The notes below the pieces were generated by a model. The model searched no databases. It was not told the DNA's origin and saw nothing but the letters and a program-made list of their open reading frames with translations. From Octopus bimaculoides (taxonomy: Eukaryota), in the NCBI RefSeq assembly GCF_001194135.2, contig NC_068984.1, positions 14,446,463 through 14,480,458 on the forward strand: a stretch of DNA of 33,996 nt, given 5' to 3'. Below, piece by piece: positions 9,995-20,975 of this stretch. Both the position numbers and the translations under genes were made by a program. Position 1 is the stretch's first letter; the number at the start of each line of letters is the position of its first letter.

Positions 9995-11285
9995 TTTAAT
10001 AATTCTATTTTATCTCGGTCTAATTATATTTTACCAAGATGTAATTCAGTTTTACCTAAAGCTAATTTCATTTTACGAAACTTTATTTCTATTTTAACTT
10101 GTTCTAATTATAATTAACCTTGTTTTACTCTATTCCAATTGGATTTCACTTAAGTGTCTGCTTCTATTTCACCCGTTCTATATTCATTTTACCTAAATTT
10201 AATTTAATTTTACCCTGGCTTAATTACTATTTACGCAGACAACATTCTATTTTACTCTCTTCAATTTATATTTTAGCTAGAACTAATTCTATTTTGCCCT
10301 GCTCTAGTCATATTTTACCTTAGTTTAAATATAATTTACCCAGATGTAATTCTATTTTCCTTAGGTATAATTTCATTTCCTCAAGGTATAATTCTATTTT
10401 ACCTTAGATTATTCTAACTGTACGTAGATAAAATAATATTTTACCTTAAATTATGTTATATTAACGTAGATATAATTCTATTTTCCTTAGGTCTAATTTA
10501 TTTCACCAAGGTGTAATTCTATTTTACCTTAGATTATTCTAACTGTACGTAGATAAAATGATATTTTACCTTAAATTATGTTATATTAACGTAGATATAA
10601 TTCTATTTTCCTTAGGTCTAATTTCATTTCACCAAGGTATAATTCTACTTTACCTTAGATTATTCTAACTGTACGTAGATAAAATAATATTTTACCTTAA
10701 ATTATGTTATATTAACGTANNNNNNNNNNNNNNNNNNNNNNNNNNNNNNNNNNNNNNNNNNNNNNNNNNNNNNNNNNNNNNNNNNNNNNNNNNNNNNNNN
10801 NNNNNNNNNNNNNNNNNNNNNNNNNNNNNNNNNNNNNNNNNNNNNNNNNNNNNNNNNNNNNNNNNNNNNNNNNNNNNNNNNNNNNNNNNNNNNNNNNNNN
10901 NNNNNNNNNNNNNNNNNNNNNNNNNNNNNNNNNNNNNNNNNNNNNNNNNNNNNNNNNNNNNNNNNNNNNNNNNNNNNNNNNNNNNNNNNNNNNNNNNNNN
11001 NNNNNNNNNNNNNNNNNNNNNNNNNNNNNNNNNNNNNNNNNNNNNNNATAATATTTTACCTTAAATTATGTTATATTAACGTAGATATAATTCTATTTTC
11101 CTTAGGTCTAATTTCATTTCACCAAGGTATAATTCTACTTTACCTTAGATTATTCTAACTGTACGTAGATAAAATAATATTTTACCTTAAATTATGTTAT
11201 ATTAACGTAAATATAATTCTATTTTCCCCGTTCTAATTATATTCTACCTACAAGTAACTGTATTTACGTTAAAAATTAATTTTAT
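9995..11285. repeat. AT-rich 21-bp minisatellite with an internal 126-bp (6x21) higher-order repeat
   Basis: The anchor TTAACGTA recurs at 125/126-bp spacing (GTA at 10466, 10591, 10717). The unit splits into six 21-mers. Gap at 10720-11047. All six frames contain stops. Confidence 0.9.
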
Positions 11286-11339
11286 TTCTATTTCTTAAAT
11301 ATTTACCATTTTCCTTCATGTCTTGAAGTTGTTATTATT

Positions 11340-11640
11340 TTCGTTATTTATTAATGGTTGTTGTAGTTGCTATTGTCGACGTTGTTGTTGGTACCTGTTT
11401 GTTATTATTTCCTGTGTTATTACTATTATCTTTACAATCGTACTTGTTGTTGTTACTACATCGTTGTTGAATACGACTTGTTATTTCTCCCGCATTAGTT
11501 GATTCTGTTGTTGTTGTTGTTGTTTCTGTTCTTGTTCTTTCCCATTTTATTGTTGTCATCTTTTGCTATTGCTTCTCTGATTTTAGTCGTTCGTTGTTAC
11601 TGTTAATGCTGTCGTTGTTGTTAGTGTCTTTTGTTATTGC
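11340..11640. repeat. Degenerate (GTT)n low-complexity tract
   Basis: GTT/TGT-rich; source of the spurious poly-Thr ORF. Confidence 0.75.
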
Positions 11641-12470
11641 AGTTTTCTGTTTCCTGGCGGAGCTCCGGGGAGGTTTTTGTCAACTTAATTTTGATTGATC
11701 GGTTCTGGTTGATAAACATCAAATTACGAGATTTGTTTCTCTCTTTTTTTTTTCAAATCTTTTTCCGATTTAATTCTTGGTGTTTGTATTTCTTTCTTTT
11801 TTTACTTTCCTATTTCAATTTGCTTGGTTTCATGATTTTCTGGTTTACCGGTTTTTTTTTTAATTTACTGCTTTCATTGTTGATTTTCGATTTCACTTGT
11901 TTAGTTTGATGGATTTGTTCGTTCCTAAGTATGCTTTCTGTATTATACTTTTCATGTGACTCCATTTTTCTTGTTAATGTTTAGTCTTTTATTTTTTATC
12001 TTGTTTGACTTCCATCTTTATCGATTTAAGTGTTTGATTGTTTAATGGCTTGGTAGTTTAATGGTTTGGTAGTTTAAAAATTTTTAATGGATTATTTAAC
12101 TTAGTTTCTTGCATTGTTGGTTTCGTTGGATGCTCTGAATATAGAATTATGCTTTTCTCTTTCCATTCATTACTTTGGTTTCATTTAGTGGATTGATTGT
12201 TCGGTTGGTACCATAGTTTCATGCCCGGCTTGTTTGATGATAATCTAAACCTTGGTTAATTGTTTCATTGATAAGTGCATATATATATAAGAGAGTTGAG
12301 CAGCAGCCGGTTAGAGGTTAAATAAGCCTCATTAAAGGATAATAATATCCAATGAATTTACTGGTTTTTTTTTTNNNNNNNNNNNNNNNNNNNNNNNNNN
12401 NNNNNNNNNNNNNNNNNNNNNNNNNNNNNNNNNNNNNNNNNNNNNNNNNNNNNNNNNNNNNNNNNNNNNN

Positions 12471-12505
<35 letters not shown>

Positions 12506-12506
<1 letters not shown>

Positions 12507-12632
12507 TGGGTGTCCACAAAGTCTGGGTACAGGGAGTAAATAAAATCATAACATAAACAATTAAATATAAGAAATAATAATTTCTTAAGGTATGTGTTAA
12601 TCCCCATGTACCCAGACTTTGTGGACACCCTG
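12506..12632. mobile_element. 127-bp Tc1/mariner-type MITE
   Basis: TIRs C(T/A)GGGTGTCCACAAAGTCTGGGTACA / TGTACCCAGACTTTGTGGACACCCTG. TA on both sides. Sits within a (TA)n tract. Confidence 0.9.
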
Positions 12633-12975
12633 TATATGTGTGTGTGTGTGTGTGAGTGTGTGTGTGTGTGTGCGTGTGTGTGTATGTGTGTGTGTATGTA
12701 TATATGCATGTGTGTATGTATGTATGTATGTATGTATGTATGTATGTATGCATGTATGTATAAGGTGGAGACTGGAGTATGTGGCACTGCATTTATTCCA
12801 TCGCTTACAATTTTCCAAGCAACGTGCAGGGGACCATTCAAACATTATGTCTGTAGACATGGATGATAATTACTTAGTCATGCGAATTATGTAATGTATA
12901 TGATATATATAATAGCTTCGGCAGTCATTTAACCATAACCAAACTGAGCTAACAATTATCATATATGTATATATA

Positions 12976-13188
12976 CAGGGTGTCCACAAAGTCTGGGTAC
13001 AGGGAGTAAAAAAAAATCATAACATAGACAAATAAATATAAGAAATGATAATTTCTTAAAGTATGTGTTAATCCCCATGTGGGTACATGGAGTAAATAAA
13101 ATCATAACATAACCAATTAAATATAAGAAATAATAATTTCTGAAAGTATGTGTTGGTCCCCATTTACCCGGACTTTGTGGACACCCTG
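12976..13188. mobile_element. 213-bp copy of the same MITE with an ~86-bp internal tandem duplication
   Basis: Same TIRs and TA flanks. The core GGGTACA..GAGTAAA...CCCCAT is present twice. Confidence 0.9.
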
Positions 13189-13191
13189 TAC

Positions 13192-13275
<84 letters not shown>
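13192..13275. repeat. (GATA)n microsatellite
   Basis: Read directly from the sequence. Confidence 0.97.
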
Positions 13276-13940
13276 CAGTTAATGGTTTGATGATGGATGT
13301 TTTGCGTTGTTTGATAGTTCAATGAATTCAATCGGTGATTTCATGGTTTCATGATTGGCTAGTTTTAATGTTTAATTGTCTGATCACTTTTCGATGTCTG
13401 GCTTGTTTGAAGACATCATTGATTGTCCTTTCGTTTGAATCATTGATGGTTCAATGATTTAACATTCGATTTAATTAATTGATCTGGCTGTCCTGATGGC
13501 TTGATTTTTATGTTTTGGAGCAATCAATTTTGTACCTGTTGGTTATATACTCGGTTACTGATAGCTTTCTTTTCCATTTTAGTTTATGAGTTTTCTTTTT
13601 TCTTTATTATTATTTATTGAACTTCATTGCTATTTAGTTTGTTACCGTCTATTTTTAATTTGCTTATTACTTTGGGGCTTGGCTGGTTGTTATAGTGTGT
13701 TCACTTGCTCAGTTATATTGATCCGTTGCGTAGGTTTGATCGCCTAGTCTGACTCACATTAAACACAATTTGTCAATGTCAAATTGTCTATTAGAGGTTC
13801 TCTGTAAATGTCATTTATTTCTGCGACCGGCTAAAAAATATTTTTACTCGCATCTGTCGTATGAATAATATTAGTGTTCACACAACGCTTTTGACTGATG
13901 AGTGCATCAATTGATTCTGTCGCCGCACCATTTTTGTTTC

Positions 13941-13974
<34 letters not shown>

Positions 13975-14204
13975 ATTTTTGTTTTGTTTTGTCTTTTCGT
14001 TGTTTTTGTGGTGTCCTTTTGTTTTGTTTTTTATTGTTCATCTTACTGCCTTTTGCTGCTGTTATTGTTACTGCTGTGGTTGTTGCTGTTTGTTTCGTGA
14101 ATAGAAATTCATAAAACACTGAGGTGTGGTGGCGGTCTTGGGGTTGAGAAAAGAGTTATCGCGTCCACGTCGTCGTCGTCGACGTCGTGATGGTCATCAT
14201 ATCA

Positions 14205-14392
14205 TCTTATCTACTCTAGGCACAAGACCCGAAATTTCTGGCAAGGAGGAGGGGGCAGTCGATTAGATTGACCCCAGTACGCAACTGGTACTTAATTCTT
14301 CGACCGCGAAAAAATGAAAGGCAAAGTCTACCTTGGCGGAATTTGAACTCAGAACGTAAAGACAGACGAAATACCGCTAAGCGTTTCGCCCA
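14205..14392 (-). mobile_element. SINE group A, 5'-truncated
   Basis: Reverse complement of the 3533-3755 body and tail (CTCTAGGCACAAG...GGAATTTGAACTCAGAACGTAAAGACAGACGAAATACCG). Confidence 0.9.
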
Positions 14393-14669
14393 TCGTCATT
14401 CTTGTTGTTATTCTTGTTGTTGTAGTTCAGCCCCTGGCCATTAGTAAATGTACAAACTAACGAACCAATGCATTCGAAGCAAAAACGTCCCCCTACTTCT
14501 GGGGGTTCATGCGGAACTGCATTATTCGATATGTCCTTCGTTTAAGCTGAAAATATTCGGCTGCTTTTTCTAGCAGGTACAGCAATACCACAGTCTACTT
14601 CTAAAGTGTGATTGCTTGAAATGAGGGAGATTTGGGAGCTATTGCTAACAGGTCGAATAACAATATAAA

Positions 14670-14671
<2 letters not shown>

Positions 14672-14746
<75 letters not shown>

Positions 14747-14761
14747 TCTCTCTCTCTCTCA
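14672..14761. repeat. (CT)n microsatellite
   Basis: Read directly from the sequence. Confidence 0.97.
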
Positions 14762-15315
14762 CAGACGGTGATCATTCAGATGAGTGAGATTTAGCTGTTA
14801 TTTTCAGTTTGTAAAGCAATAGAAACTCACTCGTAAGCTAGATAAAAGAAATATTGTGTGCCTGCGTATGCGTGTGTGTGTGTGCTTGTGCGTGTGTGTG
14901 CGTGCGTGTGTGTGTGCGTGAGAGTGTGTGTGTGTGTGTGCGTATATGTGGGTGCGTGTGTGTGTGTGAGTGTTGATAAGTTTGTTACAGTATAACATTA
15001 CTATTATTGCTGTTGTTGATTATGCCTAATTGAGTAGAACGTCGATCAGAAGTAATCCAACCATGACTGTCCCGATTATTTGAAGACGGTAATGGGGGAT
15101 TGATGAATATTTTACTTCTACTTCTAGCATCAAGAGCGACCATGTAGTGGTGGTGGTGGTGGCGGCGGTAGGAGTCGCTGTGGTAATAGAACTTAAAACC
15201 CCCAAATAAGATTATTTTTACTGCCTTTTCTCCTGCTATCGTCATCACGAGTACCTTTAGTATTGTTGATGCTGTTGTTAGTGCTATTTCGTAGCACTAG
15301 AAATAGTACCTCTAA

Positions 15316-15700
15316 TTATTGTTTATTTATCTTGGGCTGGAATTTATTAATAAAGTTCTTTTCTCTGATTTCTCTCTCAATTTCACTTGGACTGTGTAGT
15401 TTGTAGAATGGAAATATTATAAATATTATCCGACCACACTCAAAGGTATCTGACGGACATTTGCATCTCTAATTTGCTGTCGGTGCACACATGAACGTTC
15501 TGATAGTACATTTCCAGGTCTGACCTACATATAGTTCTTCACAATTCGGGCATTTGATGCAGTAAATTAAATTTCTGCTTTTGCAGTTCATGTTTGCGTT
15601 TGTGAATATTATTACGGTTTTTGTGTTCATATATTCACCGCTATGTATGAATTGGCAAATGCCACATCAGCTATCATTGCATTTCGATACAGTGAATGAT
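15316..15700 (-). pseudogene. GIY-YIG endonuclease domain of the PLE, with upstream Cys motif and CxxC between the GIY and YIG motifs
   Basis: LIY-CIKCPNC-EEL-YVG, preceded by KCNDS*CGIC. This arrangement is characteristic of Neptune-group PLEs. Confidence 0.85.
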
Positions 15701-17245
15701 TAGTCTTTTTTGCTAAGGTCAAACTTCGCCTTTGTTATTTTTTTTCAAGTGTTTAGGCTGTCTTTTACTAAGAACCATAGCTCGGTCTGTGATTATATCT
15801 TTTAATTCATTACTTTGAGCAATGATTTGTAGGTTTGCTTTGCCAATGTTGAAGATATTCTGGTGACATGGATGTGTGTTACTATAAATGGTATGACTTG
15901 TTCCTGTTTTCCCCTTCTTTGAGTTGTCATCAGTTGTTGTATGGTTATTTTTATAGCCCGGTGTATGCCATTTTCTATAAGTAGAGACAGGTATTTCTGA
16001 GCAAAAATTCTCTTAGTTGTGATAGGCGTTTGTTCCTGATATTTGCATCTTCTACAATGGTACAAATTCTCTGGCTAGGCTGCATGGGATGTTACGTTTT
16101 GTATGCGGTGGATGAGACGACATAAAATTCAAGTATTGGTGTCCGTGTGTTTGTAGTATATATCTGGGGGTAATGTTGGTGTCCTCTTTAATAACCATTA
16201 TATCTAGGAATGGTAATTTGGTACAACTCATCTTTATAAATTAGAGACATGGGCGTAGGTTATGCAGGAGGATATTGAACTCTTCCAGAGTATTTAGAGA
16301 TTCTGTCCAGATTATGAAACAATCGTTAAGGTATCTCTTCCATGCCTTTTCAATGTAATTTCTAAATTCAGTGCTATAGTTATCCTCTACTTCTTGGGAG
16401 AGCTGTTGTTCTACGTATCCCATTACAGAGTTCGCGTAAACGGGTGCAAACGTCGTTCCCATCGCCGTGCCATTTATTTGGATGTAATTCTTTCCATTGA
16501 AGAAGAACGTGTTGTTTTCCAGAATAAGTCTGGCTTTGTCTAGTATAAATGGTACTGTCAATATGTTGGAGATAACTTCTCCATGTTTTTCTACCCAGTA
16601 TTTAATCGCCTTTATTCCCAAATCAAGTAGAATAATGGTGTAAAGGCTTACCATGTCAAAACAAAGTAGAAGTGAATTTGTTTCAGTTGTTTTGGGAAGA
16701 TGGGACAGGAAGTCCATATCATCCCAGATGAAACTTGGTATGTAGGTACATAGTGGTTTCAAAGAAATGTCAATAAAATTGCTTAGACCGTGGGTAGGGC
16801 ATGCTGGACCAGCTACAATCAGTCTAAGTTTTAAGATTTTTGGATACAGTAATTTTATGTACTCACTTTCTTGTTCTTTTACTTCATGCAGAATATCTTT
16901 TGGTTTATGTATTTTCGTTAAGCCGTAGAAGTTACTGGGTTTTGGATCGAAATTGGTGATGTAATCTCTCTCATTATCGGTAAGTGAGTTGTGGTACTTT
17001 GAAACAAGGTCGTTGATCTTTTTTTATGATGTGGTGGTCTATATTTGTAGGAATTTCACAATAGAAGGTTGTCCCCTTCATTTGGTCCTCAACCAAATCT
17101 TTGTAGTATTCTACATCCATAATAACACTTGCAGCACCTTTATCTGCTTGTTTGATTATTATTGTTTGATCGTTTTGTATACGTTTAAGTGTAGGCACTT
17201 CGGATATGTTAATGTTCGGCCTAACTTATTTTTCCTCTACCTCTT
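15316..17245 (-). mobile_element. Penelope-like element (Neptune-type), 5'-truncated, decayed RT plus GIY-YIG ORF
   Basis: Minus-strand translation gives IIIKQADKG, NFYGLTKIHK, LRLIVAGPACPT, CFDMVSLYT, GTAMGTTFAPVYAN, WKRYLNDCF, LPFLD, QYLNFMSSHP, KCNDS*CGIC, NLIYCIKCPNCEELYVGQT, HRQQI, FINKFQPKIN, then a stop at 15316-15318. Several stops and frameshifts. Confidence 0.93.
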
Positions 17246-17270
17246 GTAAAACATACGTATCACCACTACT

Positions 17271-17320
17271 ACATGAACCTGAAGATTACATGGTTAAATG
17301 CACGAAAGTACTAGTCCTAC
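17271..17320 (+). ncRNA. Candidate minimal type I hammerhead ribozyme (degenerate), possibly within an inverted pLTR
   Basis: CTGAAGA (17279-85), an imperfect stem II TACAT-ggttaa-ATGCA, then CGAAA (17303-07), palindromic GTAC, and TA. Stem I is only partly paired. Confidence 0.5.
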
Positions 17321-17350
17321 CAGAATGAACATTTAATATTCTATCATTTC

Positions 17351-17440
17351 ATTATATTATATTATATTATATTATATTNNNNNNNNNNTTATATTATATT
17401 ATATTATATTATATTATATTATATTGTATTATATTATACT
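17351..17440. repeat. (ATATT)n pentanucleotide microsatellite
   Basis: Read directly; contains a small gap. Confidence 0.9.
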
Positions 17441-17862
17441 AGTATAAGATTGTAATGAAAACGTGAAAATCAAAGTTGGAATTCCTTTGAATAATATATT
17501 CTTTTATACACAATCATACACACTCGTGTATATATATATAAATTTGTGTGTGTGTTTGTGTATGTGTATGCGTATATATATGTGTGTGCGTGTGTATATG
17601 TATATANNNNNNNNNNNNNNNNNNNNNNNNNNNNNNNNNNNNNNNNNNNNNNNNNNNNNNNNNNNNNNNNNNNNNNNNNNNNNNNNNNNNNNNNNNNNNN
17701 NNNNNNNNNNNNNNNNNNNNNNNNNNNNNNNNNNNNNNNNNNNNNNNNNNNNNNNNNGTGTGTGTGTGTGTGTGCGTGTGTGTAAAATACTATCTCCGTA
17801 TGAATATTTAAAATACAGGTACATTTGAACTCGGAATGGCGGATATATATGTGTTCAAATGA

Positions 17863-18165
17863 ATAAACAGTTCACATAAGCAAAATTCAAACACAAAATC
17901 GTGTACCATTAGTCGAGCTTGTGGTATTGTCATTTCTAAGAATTGGACCGAACCAACGCTAAACCAACAGATTGGAACATTTCAGAAAAATCTGTCACTG
18001 CTTAATCTTCTATCTAGTTCCACTAATGAAGAAACTGGTCACCAGAAGACAAGCAGCAGACTGTATCACAGTAACTATGGCAGTAACCGTTCGCTATATA
18101 ATGGCTACCGCCATCTTCTAAGTGCCGCTGGCGCCTTATTACCAATAATAATGTTTTCCTTCTGA
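17863..18165 (+). other. Candidate terminal coding exon (100 stop-free codons, hydrophobic C-terminus); unverified
   Basis: The frame has no stop from 17863 to TGA at 18163-65 and ends ...RHLLSAAGALLPIIMFSF*. Possible acceptors are TTTCAG (ends 17985) and CTTCTATCTAG (ends 18017). AATAAA at 18250. No homologue recognised. Confidence 0.25.
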
Positions 18166-19316
18166 CTTAATCGCTTTCTGTCAACTAAGGTCCAACAAGT
18201 TCACTGAGACAGTTCTGCTTTCAGTTCTATGATATTCAAATGAGATGCAAATAAATGCAATGACTTAGTGCATGTAATCGACGTGTAATCTGATAAAATG
18301 CAAATATTTCCGCCGGTTGTTTCGGCTGCATTCATCTGTTTGTGATATTGCTATAGTTTGAGCTGGAAAACGTTTGATGGTGGTTCGATGGATCTCATGG
18401 CGTTCTGATGCCGTTGAAGAAGTAAAAATAAAAAGAAATTAAAAAGAGGAAGACGAAGAAGAAAAAAAAAGACAAAATGACGTGATGGTTATTTGCTTAT
18501 TTCAAATCAGTAGAATATCATTCCTGTCTTTCCACCTGATAATTACTTTTTGTATCTTTTAGTATGGAGAGTAACCAAAACTCCATTATACAAAACAGAC
18601 CATAACCACCATCAACACCACAACTGCCGTTACACTATGGCCATCGCCACAACTGCCACTTATACACCACCAACACCATTACTGCTATCATTAACCACCA
18701 CCACCACCATCGCCGATACTGATTTCTCCTCTGGTATTATAATGGCAATGCTTCTAACATATCAGTTTCCGTTCGAAACATGTAGCTTCCGTTGTTCGAC
18801 TCTAGTAAATAAACACTGCGGGAAAAAATAGCCTCGTGTTCAAATAGAAGTAAAGTGTTCGACATTGAAATGATGTAAATCAAATATTCAACATTTTGTG
18901 AACATAGCAGACGATAGTGTAACATCGTGTTTTCAGCAACATGTTCAAAATGCCTCTGCATTTGACGAGACAATTAAATGACCATGCATGGCTTGGATTC
19001 GTTGCATACACTGGCAGTTGGAGCAGGTTTTAGTTTTCTTTATTGACGATGGTTTTGGGAGTTATTTTTGCCTGAAAAATTACCAATTCTATACTCACAT
19101 GCACAAGCACACACATTTATATACACACGCACATTTATACACGCACACACATGCATATATACATAGAAACGATCTGGCTCGAACAGACACACATAGAGAA
19201 ATAGATTGAAACGATGAATAAAGAGGTATATATGTGTGTGTGTGCATGTGTATGTGTCTGTCTGTATCTGTGTCTATGAGTGTTTGTGTGTGTGTATGAA
19301 TATATATATTAAAGTA

Positions 19317-19476
19317 TAAGGGAGAAGAGAATTGTTATATCTGGAATAAACACAATAAAATATATGTTAGTATATAGAATTGTAATATTATATTAATGAT
19401 TAAATAACAATGTATACTAAAATATCTTTTATAGTTATGATTCCAGATATAACCATTTCATTCTCTCTCACACTTA
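19317..19476. repeat. Imperfect fold-back (MITE-like) inverted repeat
   Basis: Perfect 14-bp inverted match GTTATATCTGGAAT (19334-47) / ATTCCAGATATAAC (19440-53), inside ~60-bp imperfect arms. Confidence 0.6.
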
Positions 19477-19631
19477 AATATATAACTGCTCTCTTGGCCC
19501 TGTTAAATCCTTAAACATCTCTTTTAAGATTCTGGACAATACCCCAAGTCCAGCACTTAACTAGTGACATCAAGTTCCTTTTTCTCCTAAAAAGACACAT
19601 TTTATTAATTACGTGTATATATATATATGTG

Positions 19632-19681
<50 letters not shown>

Positions 19682-19834
19682 TGTGTGTCCAAAATCTTAA
19701 AAAAGAGCAGTAAGCAATATTTTTCTTGAAACAGGATCTTGTACACGGTTAACCAAAAGTTTAATTCATTATCTTTCTTTTGCTTTAAGGTGGTAATAGC
19801 GTCTTTTGGCGTCTATTTTAACGCTCGGGAAGTG

Positions 19835-19900
19835 AAAAAGTCTTTAACGTTTCGAGCCTACGCGCTTCCACAGAAAGGAACACAGAAAGAAACAAGGAGA
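19835..19900 (-). other. Hammerhead-like motif, possible solo PLE pLTR fragment
   Basis: The minus strand reads TTT-CTGTGGA-A-GCGC-GTAG-GCTC-GAAACGTTA-AAG. The core deviates from CUGANGA at A6. Confidence 0.35.
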
Positions 19901-19954
19901 GAAAAGAAAACAAGAAGAGAAACTCATGGCGAATGATAGATCTATCATGGCGAA

Positions 19955-19988
<34 letters not shown>

Positions 19989-20975
19989 CGTATCAAGTCA
20001 TATGCATAACTATACATATATGTGTGCATGTGTGTGCGCGCACATGGTTGTTTATATTGATTAGAAAGGTCTCTGAGATCGGTGTTGTTGACAACTTCAG
20101 ATCAACACATTCCCGCTTCGAACGTGTGTGAAATGTGTTATCCTTAAGTTATGGAAAAGAATAAAGATATCGGGCAAAGCAACTATGGAAAAAAACGTAC
20201 TGGCATAAGAGAACGAAGAAGAGGATATATATGCGTTTGTGTGTGGGGTGGAATGTGTGTGTAGATGTGTAAATGGATGTGTGTGTGTATGAAATTGATA
20301 CCAGCTACTGTAGAGCAAAACCTCTCACTACAGATCATCTGCATTTAGCGTCTCTGACTGTCACTACTCCAGCTCCGTTTGTTATTTTGTTTCTTCTATC
20401 AACCAGCGTGACAGGATGGAAACACATTGAGGTGAGTTATATGTCTGATACAAAAAAGTGCGTATATGTGAGCGTGAGTATATGGGCAATCACCTCGCTT
20501 TGCAGGAACTCGACCATCCCAACCACAACGCTTTAACACTTTAAAAATAATAAAAAAAATCTGTCGTTCAGTAGAGAATGCTTCACAAAATTCCTGATGC
20601 AAGCGGAACAAAAAATAATAGATAACACAAGAGGTGACGCCATATAGTTCTACAAATGACCTCCCTTTATATCCTAAGCAATCACAAACGCATTCATACT
20701 TCATCAATTTAACGACCTTAATTCTGCCATAGCTGTCACAATCACTTGGCAAACAGTCACATAAACCTGACTACCCGATCCCCTCGACCCCCGCCTTGTC
20801 ATCACAATACAACTCACACATCAATCGACAAAGCGGAAATACTTTTAAAGAATCAAAGAATCACGGTGGAACCATTTCTACAAAGGAAAAGAATCAAATT
20901 TTCATATGATCAAAGCTTTGCAGAATTCTATCTAAGACGCTACAGCCTCTTGGATAGACTCTGCAATAAGTCTTT

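Noticed and set aside
10330-11215. CRISPR-like array
   Set aside because: There are no unique spacers and no cas genes, and the context is eukaryotic. It is a tandem repeat.
20334-20437. Perfect donor GAG|GTGAGT at 20431/2 with a signal-peptide-like upstream frame (FVILFLLSTSVTG)
   Set aside because: One consensus 8-mer in 34 kb is expected by chance. The hydrophobic run coincides with a pyrimidine tract, and there is no supporting partner exon.
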